A stretch of DNA of 64,000 nt, from contig CAWABV010000008.1 of assembly GCA_963780375.1 (NCBI GenBank), positions 539,619-603,618 of the forward strand, in the 5' to 3' direction. Origin of the DNA: an uncultured Chloroflexia bacterium (lineage in GTDB: Bacteria; Chloroflexota; Limnocylindria; Limnocylindrales; CSP1-4). Shown here in pieces: positions 49,160 to 58,606 of this stretch; the first letter of the stretch is position 1, and the number at the start of each line of letters is the position of its first letter. The notes under the pieces were generated by a model that made no database searches, was not told the origin of the DNA, and saw nothing but the letters and a program-made list of their open reading frames with translations. Both the position numbers and the translations under genes were made by a program.

Positions 49160-50854
49160 GTGACCCCATCCTCCGGCCGGCAACGGAGCCGCGGCCGTCG
49201 GATCGCCGCCGTCGGCACCGTCATCGTCCTCGCGCTGGTCGGCGGCAGCCTCGCGGCGTACCAGGTCCTCGGTTCGCGTCAGACCGAGTCGGGCAGCACC
49301 TCGACCGCGGCGGCCCCGACGCCGCGCTTCGTCGACGAAGCGTCGTCCGCCGGCCTGACCCATCGCTACGCCGGTGACACCGACTACATCGTCGGCGGCG
49401 GGGTCGCGACCTTCGACTGTGACGCCAACGGGCTCCCCGATCTGTACATCGCCGGCGGCGCGGAACCGGCGGCGCTGTTCCGGAACGCCAGCGCTGTCGG
49501 AGGGACGCTCCGCTTCGACCGGGTGAAGGATCCCTCGACCGACCTCACCGCCGTCACGGGCGCCTACCCCCTCGACATCGACGGCGACGGCTTCCTGGAC
49601 CTCGTCGTGCTGCGACGCGGCGAGGAAGTCGTCCTGCGCGGGCTGGGCGACTGCCGCTTCGATCGGGCCGACCAGCACTGGGCCATCGACGACGGCGACG
49701 GCTGGACCGTCGGCTTCAGCGCCAGCTGGGAAACGCCGGATGCCGCGTTGCCGACCCTCGCGTTCGGGGACTACCTGATGGTCGATGCCGACGGCGAGTG
49801 GACGCAGTGCGCCGACGACGCGCTCATCCGCCCGGCAGCTTCCGGTGCCGCCTATGCGCCCGCGATCCCGCTGACTCCGAGCTACTGCACGCTGTCGATG
49901 CTCTTCAGCGACTGGGACCGCTCCGGGCGGCGCGATCTGCGCGTTTCGAACGACCGCCACTACTACGACGACCACGGCGAAGAACAGCTTTGGCGGATCG
50001 AGCCCGGGCAGCCGCCCCGGCTGTACGGGCCTGAAGACGGCTGGCAGACGCTCCGGATCTGGGGTATGGGCATCGCCAGCCAGGACATCACGGGCGATGG
50101 CTACCCGGAGGTCTACCTGACCAGCCAGGGCGACAACAAGCTGCAGACCCTCGAGGACGGACCGTCGGAGCCGCGGTACGGGGACCTGGCGCTGCGCCGC
50201 GGGGCGACCGCCCATCGGCCGTACATCGGCGGGGACCCGAACGCCTCGACCGCGTGGCACCCGGAGTTCCAGGACGTCAACAACGACGGCTTCATGGACC
50301 TGTTCGTGAGCAAGGGGAACGTCGGGGAACAGCCCGACTACGCCGCGAAGGACCCCAGCAACCTGCTGATCGGGCAGGCCGACGGGACGTTCCGCGAAGG
50401 CGGAGCGGATGCCGGGATCGTCCGCTACGAGCGGGGCCGCGGCGCGGCCCTCGCGGATCTCAACCTCGATGGCCAGCTGGATCTCGTCGAGGTCGTCCGG
50501 AACCAGAACGTGCAGCTGTGGCGGAATGTCGGCAGCGGCACGGCTGAGACACCAGCATCGATGGGCCATTGGCTCGCCGTCGACGTCGACCAGGACGCGG
50601 CGAACCGCCGTGCCGTCGGGGCGTGGGTCACGGTGAAGGCCGGCGATCGCCAGACGGAACGCGAGCTGACCGTCGGCGGCGGGCACGCGAGCGGGGACGC
50701 CGTGCCCGTCCATTTCGGCCTGGGAGGCGCGACCCAAGCCGAGGTGCGGGTCACGTGGCCCGATGGCGAGGTCGGGCCGTGGCTGCCTGCCGGCGCGGAT
50801 CGGATCGTGACGGTGCGTCGGGGTGCGAGCGCCGTCGAACCCGCCGCTCCCTGA
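49160..50854 (+). CDS. CRTAC1-family protein (FG-GAP/VCBS repeats plus ASPIC/UnbV C-terminal domain), membrane-anchored or secreted
   Basis: N-terminal TM/signal, repeated DxDGDG-type FG-GAP motifs (DIDGDGFLDLVV, DITGDGYPEVYL, DVNNDGFMDLFV, DLNLDGQLDLVEV), and a C-terminal UnbV_ASPIC-like beta domain. Confidence 0.75.
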   Translation: MTPSSGRQRSRGRRIAAVGTVIVLALVGGSLAAYQVLGSRQTESGSTSTAAAPTPRFVDEASSAGLTHRYAGDTDYIVGGGVATFDCDANGLPDLYIAGGAEPAALFRNASAVGGTLRFDRVKDPSTDLTAVTGAYPLDIDGDGFLDLVVLRRGEEVVLRGLGDCRFDRADQHWAIDDGDGWTVGFSASWETPDAALPTLAFGDYLMVDADGEWTQCADDALIRPAASGAAYAPAIPLTPSYCTLSMLFSDWDRSGRRDLRVSNDRHYYDDHGEEQLWRIEPGQPPRLYGPEDGWQTLRIWGMGIASQDITGDGYPEVYLTSQGDNKLQTLEDGPSEPRYGDLALRRGATAHRPYIGGDPNASTAWHPEFQDVNNDGFMDLFVSKGNVGEQPDYAAKDPSNLLIGQADGTFREGGADAGIVRYERGRGAALADLNLDGQLDLVEVVRNQNVQLWRNVGSGTAETPASMGHWLAVDVDQDAANRRAVGAWVTVKAGDRQTERELTVGGGHASGDAVPVHFGLGGATQAEVRVTWPDGEVGPWLPAGADRIVTVRRGASAVEPAAP

Positions 50855-50872
50855 TGGCACGCTAGACGAGCC

Positions 50873-52258
50873 ATGACCGCCGTCCGCCACGCCCGGCTTG
50901 CCGAGGTCGACCTGCCCGACTTCGGTCGACCTGTGACCACACCTGAGGTCCCGCCACGCCTGTATGGGGATCGGCTGGAGCGCCTCCGCGAGCGGATGCG
51001 GCGTGCGGGCTACGACCGGATCGTCGTCTACGCCGACCGCGAGCACAGCGCGAACCTGGCGTACCTGACCGGCTTCGATCCGCGGTTCGAGGAGGCGATA
51101 CTCATCGTGGCGCCGGCCGGGGAACCGGCCGTCCTGGTCGGGAACGAGTGCTATGGGATGGCAGGAGGCGCGCCACTGCCGATGCGCCGCCATCGCTTCC
51201 AGGACCTGAGCCTGCCGAGCCAGCCACGCGACCGCTCGCGACCTCTCCGCGACATCTTCGGTGACGAGGGGGTCTCGACGGGGACGAAGGTCGGCGTCGC
51301 GGGCTGGAAACCCTACGCCGAGCGCTCGATGCTCGACATTCCCTCGTTCCTCGCCGATGAGCTGCGTCGCGCGGTCGGGTCAGGTGGGACCGTGGAGAGC
51401 GCCAACGACCTTTTCATCGATGCCGCCGATGGGCTGCGCGTGATCAATGAGGTCGAGCAGCTCGCCGCGATGGAGGCGGCCGCGTGCACCACGTCGAGTG
51501 GCGTGCGGTCGGTGATCCACGGCCTCCGGCCCGGCCTCCGTGAGCGCGACGCCGTCGCGCTGCTCGGCTGGGACGGCACGCCACTCTCCTGTCACCTGAT
51601 GCTGACCGCCGGGCCGCGGGCATCGTATGGCCTCCTGAGCCCCGGCGACCGCCCGATCGAGCGCGGTGACCCGTTCACGGTCGCGTTCGGGATCTGGGGC
51701 GCGCTGAACTGCCGCGCCGGGTTCGTCGTCGCGGACGCCGCCGAGCTGCCGGACGGCGTCGGCGACTACGTCGACCGGTTGGTCGCGCCGTACTTCGCCG
51801 CGGTCGCCGAGTGGTACGGGGCGCTGCACATCGGCCAGACCGGCGAGGCCCTGCACGAGGTCATCGCGCGCCACCTCGGCGACCCGTTCTTCGGGATCTT
51901 CCTCAACGCGGGCCACCAGATCAGCCTCGACGAGTGGGTGAACTCGCCGATCCGGGCCGGCTCGAGGATCGAGCTGCGATCCGGCATGGCGTTCCAGGTC
52001 GACATCATCCCGGCGACCGGCACGCCGTACTTCACGACGAACATCGAGGACGGCATCGCGCTGGCTGACGGTCCGCTGCGCGACGCGTTCGCGAGGGGCT
52101 ACCCGGACGCCTGGGCCCGCATCGGGGCGCGCCGGGAGTTCATGGCCGACCAGCTTGGGATCGAGCTGCATGCCGACGTCCTGCCATTCTCGAACATCCC
52201 GGCCTACCTGCCGCCGTATCTGCTGCGTCCAGGGATGGCCATGACGATGGCGGGGTGA
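50873..52258 (+). CDS. M24-family metallopeptidase (creatinase/Xaa-Pro aminopeptidase-like)
   Basis: Creatinase-like N-terminal domain plus a pita-bread C-terminal domain (HxxGHxxxLD-type region GHQISLDEW, then GMAFQVD). Start and metal ligands not fully verified. Confidence 0.7.
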   Translation: MTAVRHARLAEVDLPDFGRPVTTPEVPPRLYGDRLERLRERMRRAGYDRIVVYADREHSANLAYLTGFDPRFEEAILIVAPAGEPAVLVGNECYGMAGGAPLPMRRHRFQDLSLPSQPRDRSRPLRDIFGDEGVSTGTKVGVAGWKPYAERSMLDIPSFLADELRRAVGSGGTVESANDLFIDAADGLRVINEVEQLAAMEAAACTTSSGVRSVIHGLRPGLRERDAVALLGWDGTPLSCHLMLTAGPRASYGLLSPGDRPIERGDPFTVAFGIWGALNCRAGFVVADAAELPDGVGDYVDRLVAPYFAAVAEWYGALHIGQTGEALHEVIARHLGDPFFGIFLNAGHQISLDEWVNSPIRAGSRIELRSGMAFQVDIIPATGTPYFTTNIEDGIALADGPLRDAFARGYPDAWARIGARREFMADQLGIELHADVLPFSNIPAYLPPYLLRPGMAMTMAG

Positions 52259-53190
52259 CGGCCAACAGAGCGGGGGCAGACGTCGTCGTCCTGCGCTGGG
52301 ACGACGCGATCCTCGCCGTCGACCCGGTCATGGGTGGACGGTTGGCATCGCTCGTCGTGGGCGGTCACGAATTGCTCGTGACCGAGGGCGACGGTCCGAT
52401 CTACTGGGGCTGCTACCCCATGGTCCCGTTCGCGGGACGCGTCCGCGACGGTCGTTTCCGCTTCGCGGGCCGGCGCCATCAGCTGCCCCTGACCATGCCG
52501 CCGAACGCCATCCATGGGACCGTCCTCGATCGACCGTGGCATGTCATGACGCGAAGCGACCAGCACGTGGAGCTGGTCACAGACCTCGGTCCTGACTGGC
52601 CATTCCAGGGAGAGGTCGTCCAGACCGTGGCGCTCGTCGCCGGCGGGCTCGAGGCGAGCCTTGAGCTTCGCGCAGCGGAACCGATGCCGGTCGTTCTCGG
52701 GTGGCATCCGTGGTTCCGGCGAACGATCGACGGGACGGCGGCAGCGTTGGACTTCGAGGCACGCTCGCAGTACCTCCGAGGGCAGGACGGCCTGCCGACC
52801 GGCGCCACGGTCCCGCCGACGCCCCGCCCATGGGACGACGCGTTCACGGATCTCGTCATACCGCCGCGCTTGACCTGGCCCGGTATCGCTCGGCTCGAGC
52901 TTCGCTCGGACGCGCCCTTCTGGGTCGTCTTCGATGAGCGCCCCGACGCGATCTGCGTCGAGCCCCAGACCGGGCCGCCGGATGCGTTCAACCTGGCGGC
53001 GGCGATCGGTGTCGACCCGCCGGTAGCGGCGCCCGACCGGCCGGTCTCGATCGCGATGGCGTGGCGCTGGCAGGTCATCGCGCCGAAGCCGGGTGCGACG
53101 TCGGACGACGGGGCGTCGTCGGGGCCGGAAGCGGCGCCCGTCAGGCCTTCGAGGCGACCCCGGACGCGTCGGGCACGTTCACGCCCGTGA
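52255..53190 (+). CDS. aldose 1-epimerase (galactose mutarotase-like) family protein
   Basis: GTG overlaps the previous stop (GTGA). Beta-sandwich mutarotase-like motifs (VLRWDDAILAVDPVMGGRLASLVVGGHELL, GCYPMVPFAGRV, HGT, GWHPWF). The 3' end overlaps the convergent GGDEF gene by about 50 bp, so the C-terminus is uncertain. Confidence 0.65.
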   Translation: MTANRAGADVVVLRWDDAILAVDPVMGGRLASLVVGGHELLVTEGDGPIYWGCYPMVPFAGRVRDGRFRFAGRRHQLPLTMPPNAIHGTVLDRPWHVMTRSDQHVELVTDLGPDWPFQGEVVQTVALVAGGLEASLELRAAEPMPVVLGWHPWFRRTIDGTAAALDFEARSQYLRGQDGLPTGATVPPTPRPWDDAFTDLVIPPRLTWPGIARLELRSDAPFWVVFDERPDAICVEPQTGPPDAFNLAAAIGVDPPVAAPDRPVSIAMAWRWQVIAPKPGATSDDGASSGPEAAPVRPSRRPRTRRARSRP

Positions 53191-54400
53191 CGCGGTTCTT
53201 GCCGGCCCGCTTGCTGGTGTACATCGCCCGGTCGGCGCTGATCATCAGCTCGTCAGCGGTGCCGCCGTCGTCGGGATAGGACACCACCCCGACCGATAGC
53301 GACGGCCGGACGGCATCGTCGGGCAATTCGAGATCGAGCTCGTTGACGCCGATCCTGATCTTCTCGGCCAGCACGAAGGCGCCGGTCGGGTCGGTCTCCG
53401 GGAGCAACACGACGAATTCGTCGCCTCCGTAGCGAGCGGCCGTGTCGATCCGTCGCACGCCCTCGTTCACCACCTGGCCGACGGCGGCGAGGACGCGGTC
53501 GCCGTGGAAGTGGCCGAGTCGGTCGTTGATGGCCTTGAGCTCGTCGAGATCCATCATGAGCAGACAGAAGCCCCGCCCGGTACGCGCGCTGCGGGCGATC
53601 TCACGCTCGAGGGCGGCGAAGAAGAAGCCGCGGTTGAAGAGCGACGTGAGCGGGTCGATCGTCGACAGGCGGATCGCCGCGTCGCGCGTCGTCCGTTGCT
53701 GGCGTGCGATGACCATCGCGATATACGCGAGCATCACCATCGCGGTGAGATTGATCCCGACCGTCGCCACGGTGACCGGGTTGGCCAGGACCGCAGGGTC
53801 CGAACCGAGGATCACGGCGAGGAGGTAGCCGATGGCGGCGATCAGCGCGAGGCTGAGGGTGATCCCTGGCGAGACGACGAGCGCCGCGCCCCCGACGATC
53901 AGCGGATAGACGAAGAAGAACGGGCTCGCGGCGCCACCGGTCAGGGCGACCAGCACCGTCGAGACGGTGATCGCGACGGAACCCTCCAGGACGAACTTGG
54001 CCGGCCCGAGCGCGCTCGCCGGCAGCAGGTCGTGGATGACCAGCACGAAGACGCCACCGAGCGCCAGCAGCAGGAAGATCGCGGTCTGGCTCTGTGGCCA
54101 CAAGCCGGTCACACCGACGATCGTCGTGACCGCCAGCAGGAACACCCACGACGCGATGCGCACGACGCGGTCATACGTGCGGATCGTGTCGCTCTCATCG
54201 GGCGTCCGCGTTTCGTCACCGCGCCCGACGACGGCGGCCGCGGCCATCGCCCGCTCCGACTTGGTGTCGCCCCGTTCCTCCGACGCCGTCGCATCGCCGC
54301 GCAGGCGGCCGATCGCGGGAGAAGCCACCAAAACGGCCATGACGACGAGATTCGCGATCACCGCGAGGACGATCAGGGCGAGGATTGGCTCCAGCGACAC
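53141..54400 (-). CDS. membrane-bound diguanylate cyclase (5-6 TM N-terminal domain plus GGDEF)
   Basis: GGDEF domain with an intact active site (RYGGDEFVVLL) and I-site-like RxxD, preceded by multiple hydrophobic helices. Confidence 0.8.
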   Translation of the reverse strand: MSLEPILALIVLAVIANLVVMAVLVASPAIGRLRGDATASEERGDTKSERAMAAAAVVGRGDETRTPDESDTIRTYDRVVRIASWVFLLAVTTIVGVTGLWPQSQTAIFLLLALGGVFVLVIHDLLPASALGPAKFVLEGSVAITVSTVLVALTGGAASPFFFVYPLIVGGAALVVSPGITLSLALIAAIGYLLAVILGSDPAVLANPVTVATVGINLTAMVMLAYIAMVIARQQRTTRDAAIRLSTIDPLTSLFNRGFFFAALEREIARSARTGRGFCLLMMDLDELKAINDRLGHFHGDRVLAAVGQVVNEGVRRIDTAARYGGDEFVVLLPETDPTGAFVLAEKIRIGVNELDLELPDDAVRPSLSVGVVSYPDDGGTADELMISADRAMYTSKRAGKNRVTGVNVPDASGVASKA

Positions 54401-54517
54401 ACGGTCATCTTAGACCGAGTACTGGCCGAAACGGCCGGTGCCCCCTGGCGCCATCCGAACGGGGTGGTGCGCGGACGCCCCGCTCGAAGCGGTCATCCCG
54501 GTGCATCCGGGCGCCCC

Positions 54518-55015
54518 CTAGCGGGTCCCCCACTGGTACGTCTGCTTGACCATGCGCAGATACACGAAGGTCTCCGTCTCGCGGACACCCTCGATCGAGC
54601 GCAGCCGCTCGGTGAGGAAGCGGAGCAACGCCTCGTTGTCCTCGCAGACAGTCTCGATCAGCAGGTCGTACGTCCCGGCGGTGATCACGACGTAGTCGAC
54701 TTCCGGCATATCGGCCACAGCCTCGGCCACCGCGACGAGCTGATCGCTCTCACAGCGGATGCCGATCATCGCCATCTGCTGGAAGCCGAGCTTGAGCGGG
54801 TCGGTCACCCCGACGATCTGGAGGATGCCCCGCTCGATGAGCCGGTTGGTCCGGGCGCGGACGGCCGCCTCGCTGACACCGAGCTCGGCAGCGATCTGTG
54901 TGAAGGGCCGCCGGCCGTCGGCCTGGAGGTGCTCGATGATCCGCTTGTCGAGCTCGGAGACGTCCTCGGCCCGTGCGGCGATCGAGCGCGGTCGCGTCCG
55001 TGCGACGTCGGTCAT
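54518..55015 (-). CDS. Lrp/AsnC-family transcriptional regulator
   Basis: HTH (LDKRIIEHLQADGRRPFTQIAAELGVSEAAVRARTNRLIERGIL) plus a RAM effector domain. Confidence 0.85.
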   Translation of the reverse strand: MTDVARTRPRSIAARAEDVSELDKRIIEHLQADGRRPFTQIAAELGVSEAAVRARTNRLIERGILQIVGVTDPLKLGFQQMAMIGIRCESDQLVAVAEAVADMPEVDYVVITAGTYDLLIETVCEDNEALLRFLTERLRSIEGVRETETFVYLRMVKQTYQWGTR

Positions 55016-55094
55016 GCCGACAGGGTACGACCTGTGTGTCCGGCCGGAACCCCTTATTCCCGTCCTCGTCGACGGGATGCGGGCAGGCGGTCTG

Positions 55095-55685
55095 TCAGTC
55101 CGCGTCGGGCGAAGCTGAGACGCTCGGCGCCGGCTCGACCGCGGCGACCTTCACCGGGATGCTGGTGCGTGCCTTGAGCGGCGAGAGGAGCACGTCGGCA
55201 GCCGCCACGAGATCCGTCAGCCCCGCCACCTGGCGATCGTTCAGCTTGCCCGGCATGTGGCCGGATCTCGTCGGGCCCCAGATGATCAGGATATTGATGC
55301 CGGCGATCGCCGCTGGCGGCTCGCCCTTGCCGGGAGCCTCGCCGCTCGCCCAGGTGATCGCCTTCGTGAGGGCCGTCGCGGAGCGGTATTCGGTGACGTC
55401 CAGCGGCCAACCCAGGTACGTCGCGTAGATCCGGGTGACGACATCGCTGTCCTCGGCGCCGAGCGTCGCCGTGTTGGCCGTGATGGACAGCCCGGCCTTG
55501 CCCAATCCCGCGAAGACCTGCTTGGCGGTCGCGGGACTGGGGAGATGCGGGTTCGGCGTGGCGAGCGGTGTCGGGGCGACGGAAGGCGAGGCACTCGGGG
55601 CCGCGCTCCCGCACGCGGCGACGAGCACGGCCGCAGCGACGAACACGGTGACGGTCCGCGCCGCCCGAAGACTGGTCTTGGCCAT
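55095..55685 (-). CDS. hypothetical lipoprotein
   Basis: Signal plus lipobox VAAAVLVAACGS, a Pro/Ala/Ser-rich linker and a globular C-terminal domain. Confidence 0.55.
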   Translation of the reverse strand: MAKTSLRAARTVTVFVAAAVLVAACGSAAPSASPSVAPTPLATPNPHLPSPATAKQVFAGLGKAGLSITANTATLGAEDSDVVTRIYATYLGWPLDVTEYRSATALTKAITWASGEAPGKGEPPAAIAGINILIIWGPTRSGHMPGKLNDRQVAGLTDLVAAADVLLSPLKARTSIPVKVAAVEPAPSVSASPDAD

Positions 55686-55745
55686 GGCCTGGCGATTCTC
55701 GGGACTATCCCCGTCACCCGTCGACCCTACTTTCGTACCCGCCGC

Positions 55746-56660
55746 CTAGCCATCCAGCAGCTGCAGCACCGGTGCGAAGGCCTCGATCGAGCCGCGCGTG
55801 ATGGGGTCGATCACGACCTGGACGTGCCCGATGCCCGCATCGGCGAAGGCACGCAGGCGTGCCGCCATGACCTCTGGCGGACCGATGAGCGGGGGTGGCG
55901 GCGCCTCGGCGTAACTGCCTTGGATCCGACCCGTTCCGTCGGGGAACTGCACAAGGACCGCGACCGTCCGCTCGATCTCGGCCGGGTCGCGACCCACATC
56001 CTGGCACGCGGCGTCGACGACGGCACGCAGCCGCGCGATGCCCTCCGGGTCGTTGCCGATGTCCGCGAACCAGCTGTTCCAGGCCTGGACATGCGGCGCG
56101 GCGATGCGCAGCATCCGCGGCCCATTCGACCCGATCATCAGCGGCGGTCCATGCGGGCGCGGGCCGTGAGGCAGGATCTCGCAGTCACGTGCCTGGTAGA
56201 AGCGGCCGTCGAAGTCGATCTCGCCGTCCTGCAGCAGGGTCCGGATGATCGTGAACGCCTCCTCGAACCGGTCGACCCGATGGTCGAACGGGATCCCGAA
56301 CGCCCGGAACTCGGTCTCGTTCCAGCCGGCGCCGAGACCGAGGATCAGCCGGCCGCCGCTGATCTCATCGATGGTGCTCGCCTGTTTGGCGAGGACGGCG
56401 GGATTGTGGAACGCCGTGCAGGCGACGAGCGGCCCGAACTCGATCCGATCGGTGACGGCGGCGATGGCCGACAGCATCGACCACGCCTCCCAGGGTCCGC
56501 GCGGGGGACGATCCGGCCATCGATACAGGAGGTGCTCGCCGAGCCAGACCGAGTCGTAGCCCAGATCCTCGATGGCTCGCGTCATGTCGAGGAGTTCGGC
56601 CCAACGCGTCTCGCGCTCGACCTCGGGCAGCTGGATACCGATCTTGAGCGGCCGTGCCAC
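55746..56660 (-). CDS. LLM-class (luciferase-like) flavin/F420-dependent oxidoreductase
   Basis: GTG start giving VARPLKIGIQLP, the typical LLM N-terminus. TIM-barrel LLM motifs (SVWLGEHL, GGRLILGLGAGW). The long ORF 55746..56948 has a Cys/Arg-rich junk N-extension. Confidence 0.75.
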   Translation of the reverse strand: MARPLKIGIQLPEVERETRWAELLDMTRAIEDLGYDSVWLGEHLLYRWPDRPPRGPWEAWSMLSAIAAVTDRIEFGPLVACTAFHNPAVLAKQASTIDEISGGRLILGLGAGWNETEFRAFGIPFDHRVDRFEEAFTIIRTLLQDGEIDFDGRFYQARDCEILPHGPRPHGPPLMIGSNGPRMLRIAAPHVQAWNSWFADIGNDPEGIARLRAVVDAACQDVGRDPAEIERTVAVLVQFPDGTGRIQGSYAEAPPPPLIGPPEVMAARLRAFADAGIGHVQVVIDPITRGSIEAFAPVLQLLDG

Positions 56661-56676
56661 CGTCAGCGGTCGGGGG

Positions 56677-57726
56677 TCAGGAGGCGGCCGGGATGAGCGC
56701 GTCGTGCATCGCCCGCAGGTGGTCGGGTGTGCTGCCGCAACACGCCCCGACGATCCGGGCGCCGGCCTGATACATCTGCGACCCGTACGCGGCCATCGTC
56801 GGTGGGTCGGCGCGGTACACCGCGCGCATGTCGACGAGTTCCGGCATGCCGGCGTTCGACTTCGCGACGAGCGTGGCCTCTGGCGCGACGGCGTGCATCC
56901 GCTCGATGACCGGCAGCAGCTCGTCGGGGCCGTTGCCACAGTTCCCACCGATGGCGTCGGCGCCCCATGCGAGGAGCGCTTCCGCTGCCTGCTCGGGGGA
57001 CACGCCCATCATCGTGTGACCACGGGTATCGAACGTCATGGTCGTCACCAGCGCGATGCCCGGCGCGACCCGCCGGACACCCTCGATGGCCGCCTTGATC
57101 TCGTTGAGATCGGACATCGTCTCGATCCAGATCAGGTCGACGCCACCGGCGACCAGCGATGCGGCCTGCTCCCGGAAGACGTCGACGGCGATGTCGTAAT
57201 CGAGCGTCCCGAGAGGCTGGACGATCTCGCCGCTGGGGCCGATGTCACCCGCCACGAGCGCGGTGTCGCCGGCGGCTCGGACCTCGGCGCGTGCAAGGAT
57301 CGCCGCGGTGCGGTTCAGGTGGTCGACCCGCTCGCTGAGCCCGTGCAGCCCGAGCCGGAGTCGATTGCCCCCGAAGGTGTTGGTCATGATGATCCGCGAC
57401 CCGGCGTCGAGATAGCCCCGGTGGATACGGCGCACGACCTCGGGCTGGGTCAGGTTCCAGACCTCTGGCGGATCACCGAACTGCAGGCCATTGGCGAACA
57501 GCATCGTGCCCATGGCTCCATCGGCCAGGTGCGGGCCCGGTTCGGCGAGGAGGTCGCGGAATCGCTGGCTGGCCACCCCGTCCTCGACGGACAGGCGAGT
57601 GGCACGGTCCGGGAAGCGGTTGTTGTCGACCGGCTCGAGTGTCGAGACGGCGCGCGCCTCATCGGTCGCGGCGGCGGATCGGTCACGGGGTCCGCGGCCT
57701 CGGAGGCCGCGACGTGGGCTATCCAT
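56677..57726 (-). CDS. homocysteine S-methyltransferase (MmuM/BHMT family)
   Basis: Hcy-methyltransferase TIM barrel with Zn-binding cysteines (GGNCGNGP, GACCGSTPDHL). Start placed at the ATG for MDSPRR; it could be further downstream. Confidence 0.75.
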   Translation of the reverse strand: MDSPRRGLRGRGPRDRSAAATDEARAVSTLEPVDNNRFPDRATRLSVEDGVASQRFRDLLAEPGPHLADGAMGTMLFANGLQFGDPPEVWNLTQPEVVRRIHRGYLDAGSRIIMTNTFGGNRLRLGLHGLSERVDHLNRTAAILARAEVRAAGDTALVAGDIGPSGEIVQPLGTLDYDIAVDVFREQAASLVAGGVDLIWIETMSDLNEIKAAIEGVRRVAPGIALVTTMTFDTRGHTMMGVSPEQAAEALLAWGADAIGGNCGNGPDELLPVIERMHAVAPEATLVAKSNAGMPELVDMRAVYRADPPTMAAYGSQMYQAGARIVGACCGSTPDHLRAMHDALIPAAS

Positions 57727-57922
57727 GGCTCGATGATAGCCACGGGACCAAATGCGACGCCCCCGGACCTTCGTCATTGACAGACGACGCGGGCATCCTC
57801 CACCCTCCGCGCGATGCATCCCATCGCCCCCTGCCCCGCGACCCGGTCGCAGCAGCCGCCCGCGAGGGCCTGCTCGACCTGATGCCACGCGCCCCGCGAG
57901 GCGCCGACCACGGATCTGAGAG

Positions 57923-57951
57923 GAACGCCCTCGGCACGACGTCGAGGGCGT
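57923..57951. other. perfect 10-bp inverted repeat aacgccctcg-N9-cgagggcgtt about 30 nt upstream of the LysE start
   Basis: Seen directly. Lies in the divergent intergenic region between the homocysteine methyltransferase and LysE genes. Could be an operator or an RNA hairpin. Confidence 0.3.
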
Positions 57952-57978
57952 TTCCCTATGTCACGAAGGATAGGAACG

Positions 57979-58593
57979 ATGGATACCGCACTGTTCTTAC
58001 GAGGGCTCGTCCTCGGTTTCACGATCGCCGCCGCCGTCGGACCGATCAGCCTGCTCGTCATCCGGCGGACGCTCGCCGAGGGCCGGCTGGTCGGGCTGGT
58101 CTCCGGCATGGGCGTCGCGACAGCCGATGCCACGTACGGTGCGATCGCCGCGTTCGGGCTGACCGCCGTGACCGACCTGCTCGTCGACTGGCGTCGGGCG
58201 CTGGGGATCATCGGCGGTGTCTTCCTGCTATGGCTGGCGTGGCGGACCTTCACCGCGGTCCCCGGGGAGGCGGCCGTCGACTCCGAGCGGCGCCGGGGCC
58301 TGCCCGGCGCCTACCTAAGCACCCTCGGTCTGACCCTGACGAACCCGATGACGATCCTGTCGTTCGCAGCGCTCTTCGTCGGGCTGGGGGTGACGGGCGG
58401 CGATGCCGCCGGCGCGACGTTGCTGACCCTGGGCGTGTTCGCCGGGTCCGCGCTGTGGTGGGTCGTGCTGACCACGGTCGTCGCGGCGTTCCGATCGCGG
58501 CTCAGCACGACCGGCATGCGCCGGGTGAACATGGCATCCGGCGTGCTCATCGGGGCGTTCGCGATCGTCGCGATCGTGTCGAGCCTGGCGTGA
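57979..58593 (+). CDS. LysE/RhtB-family amino-acid exporter
   Basis: Six TM segments, N-term MDTALFLRGLVLGFTIAAAVGPISLLVIRRTL typical of LysE/YggA. AGGATAGGAA RBS before the ATG. Confidence 0.75.
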   Translation: MDTALFLRGLVLGFTIAAAVGPISLLVIRRTLAEGRLVGLVSGMGVATADATYGAIAAFGLTAVTDLLVDWRRALGIIGGVFLLWLAWRTFTAVPGEAAVDSERRRGLPGAYLSTLGLTLTNPMTILSFAALFVGLGVTGGDAAGATLLTLGVFAGSALWWVVLTTVVAAFRSRLSTTGMRRVNMASGVLIGAFAIVAIVSSLA

Positions 58594-58606
58594 GGCAGCG
58601 GGTCGA

